Of a DNA stretch of 33,627 nucleotides, positions 33,420-33,627 are shown piece by piece. The DNA lies in assembly GCF_001194135.2 (NCBI RefSeq), contig NC_068999.1:35357663-35391289 (forward strand), in the 5' to 3' direction. Origin of the DNA: Octopus bimaculoides. Lineage: Eukaryota. Position numbers and translations under genes: made by a program. How positions within the stretch are numbered: position 1 is the stretch's first letter; each line of letters begins with the position of its first letter. The notes under the pieces were generated by a model. It worked only from the letters and a program-made list of their open reading frames with translations, did no database searches and had not been told where the DNA came from.

Positions 33420-33627
33420 CCGGAGTTGGACAAAATAATGGAAACACCTAGCATCATAGCATCATAATTTTGAAATATCTGTAACACCGTCAAAAGCTTG
33501 TTTATTTTTGTTTTTTTTATTTATTATTAGTATTGCTTAATATGTTTTGCTAAAATTGCTGTTTCTTTTCAAATATCATCAGAAAAAGGTAATTAAAATT
33601 CATTAAAATGACAGATCTATCTGACTT
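33420..33627 (+). mobile_element. Left end of a Tc1-like DNA element (runs off the window)
   Basis: TA|CCGGAGTTGGACAAAATAATGGAAACACC resembles Tc1-type TIRs (CAGGGGTTGGACAAAATAATGGAAACACC); the partner TIR is not in the window. Confidence 0.55.

Overview
Eukaryotic, AT-rich, repeat-saturated draft-assembly DNA with 14 N-gaps (about 4.8 kb in total), most of them abutting microsatellites. The tRNA-derived SINEs and dense TA/CA/TACA/TAA/GAT microsatellites point to an octopod cephalopod (inference from recognised repeat sequences, not a database search). No protein-coding gene can be called with confidence: nearly all ORF-track entries are microsatellite or N artefacts, and only a few unidentified exon-like segments exist. 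Supported features: a decayed R4/Dong-type non-LTR retrotransposon bracketed by TAA arrays (4119-5682), two mariner relics, Tigger/Tc1-like and long-TIR non-autonomous elements, about 20 SINE copies or fragments, and a 306-bp tandem duplication. The most notable item is a 700-bp palindrome (26508-27207, 11-nt loop). Each arm carries a type I hammerhead ribozyme motif with a palindromic stem III, the architecture known from Penelope-like retroelements and retrozymes. The right-arm copy (26999-27076, +) has an intact catalytic core; the left-arm copy (26646-26723, -) has a core substitution.
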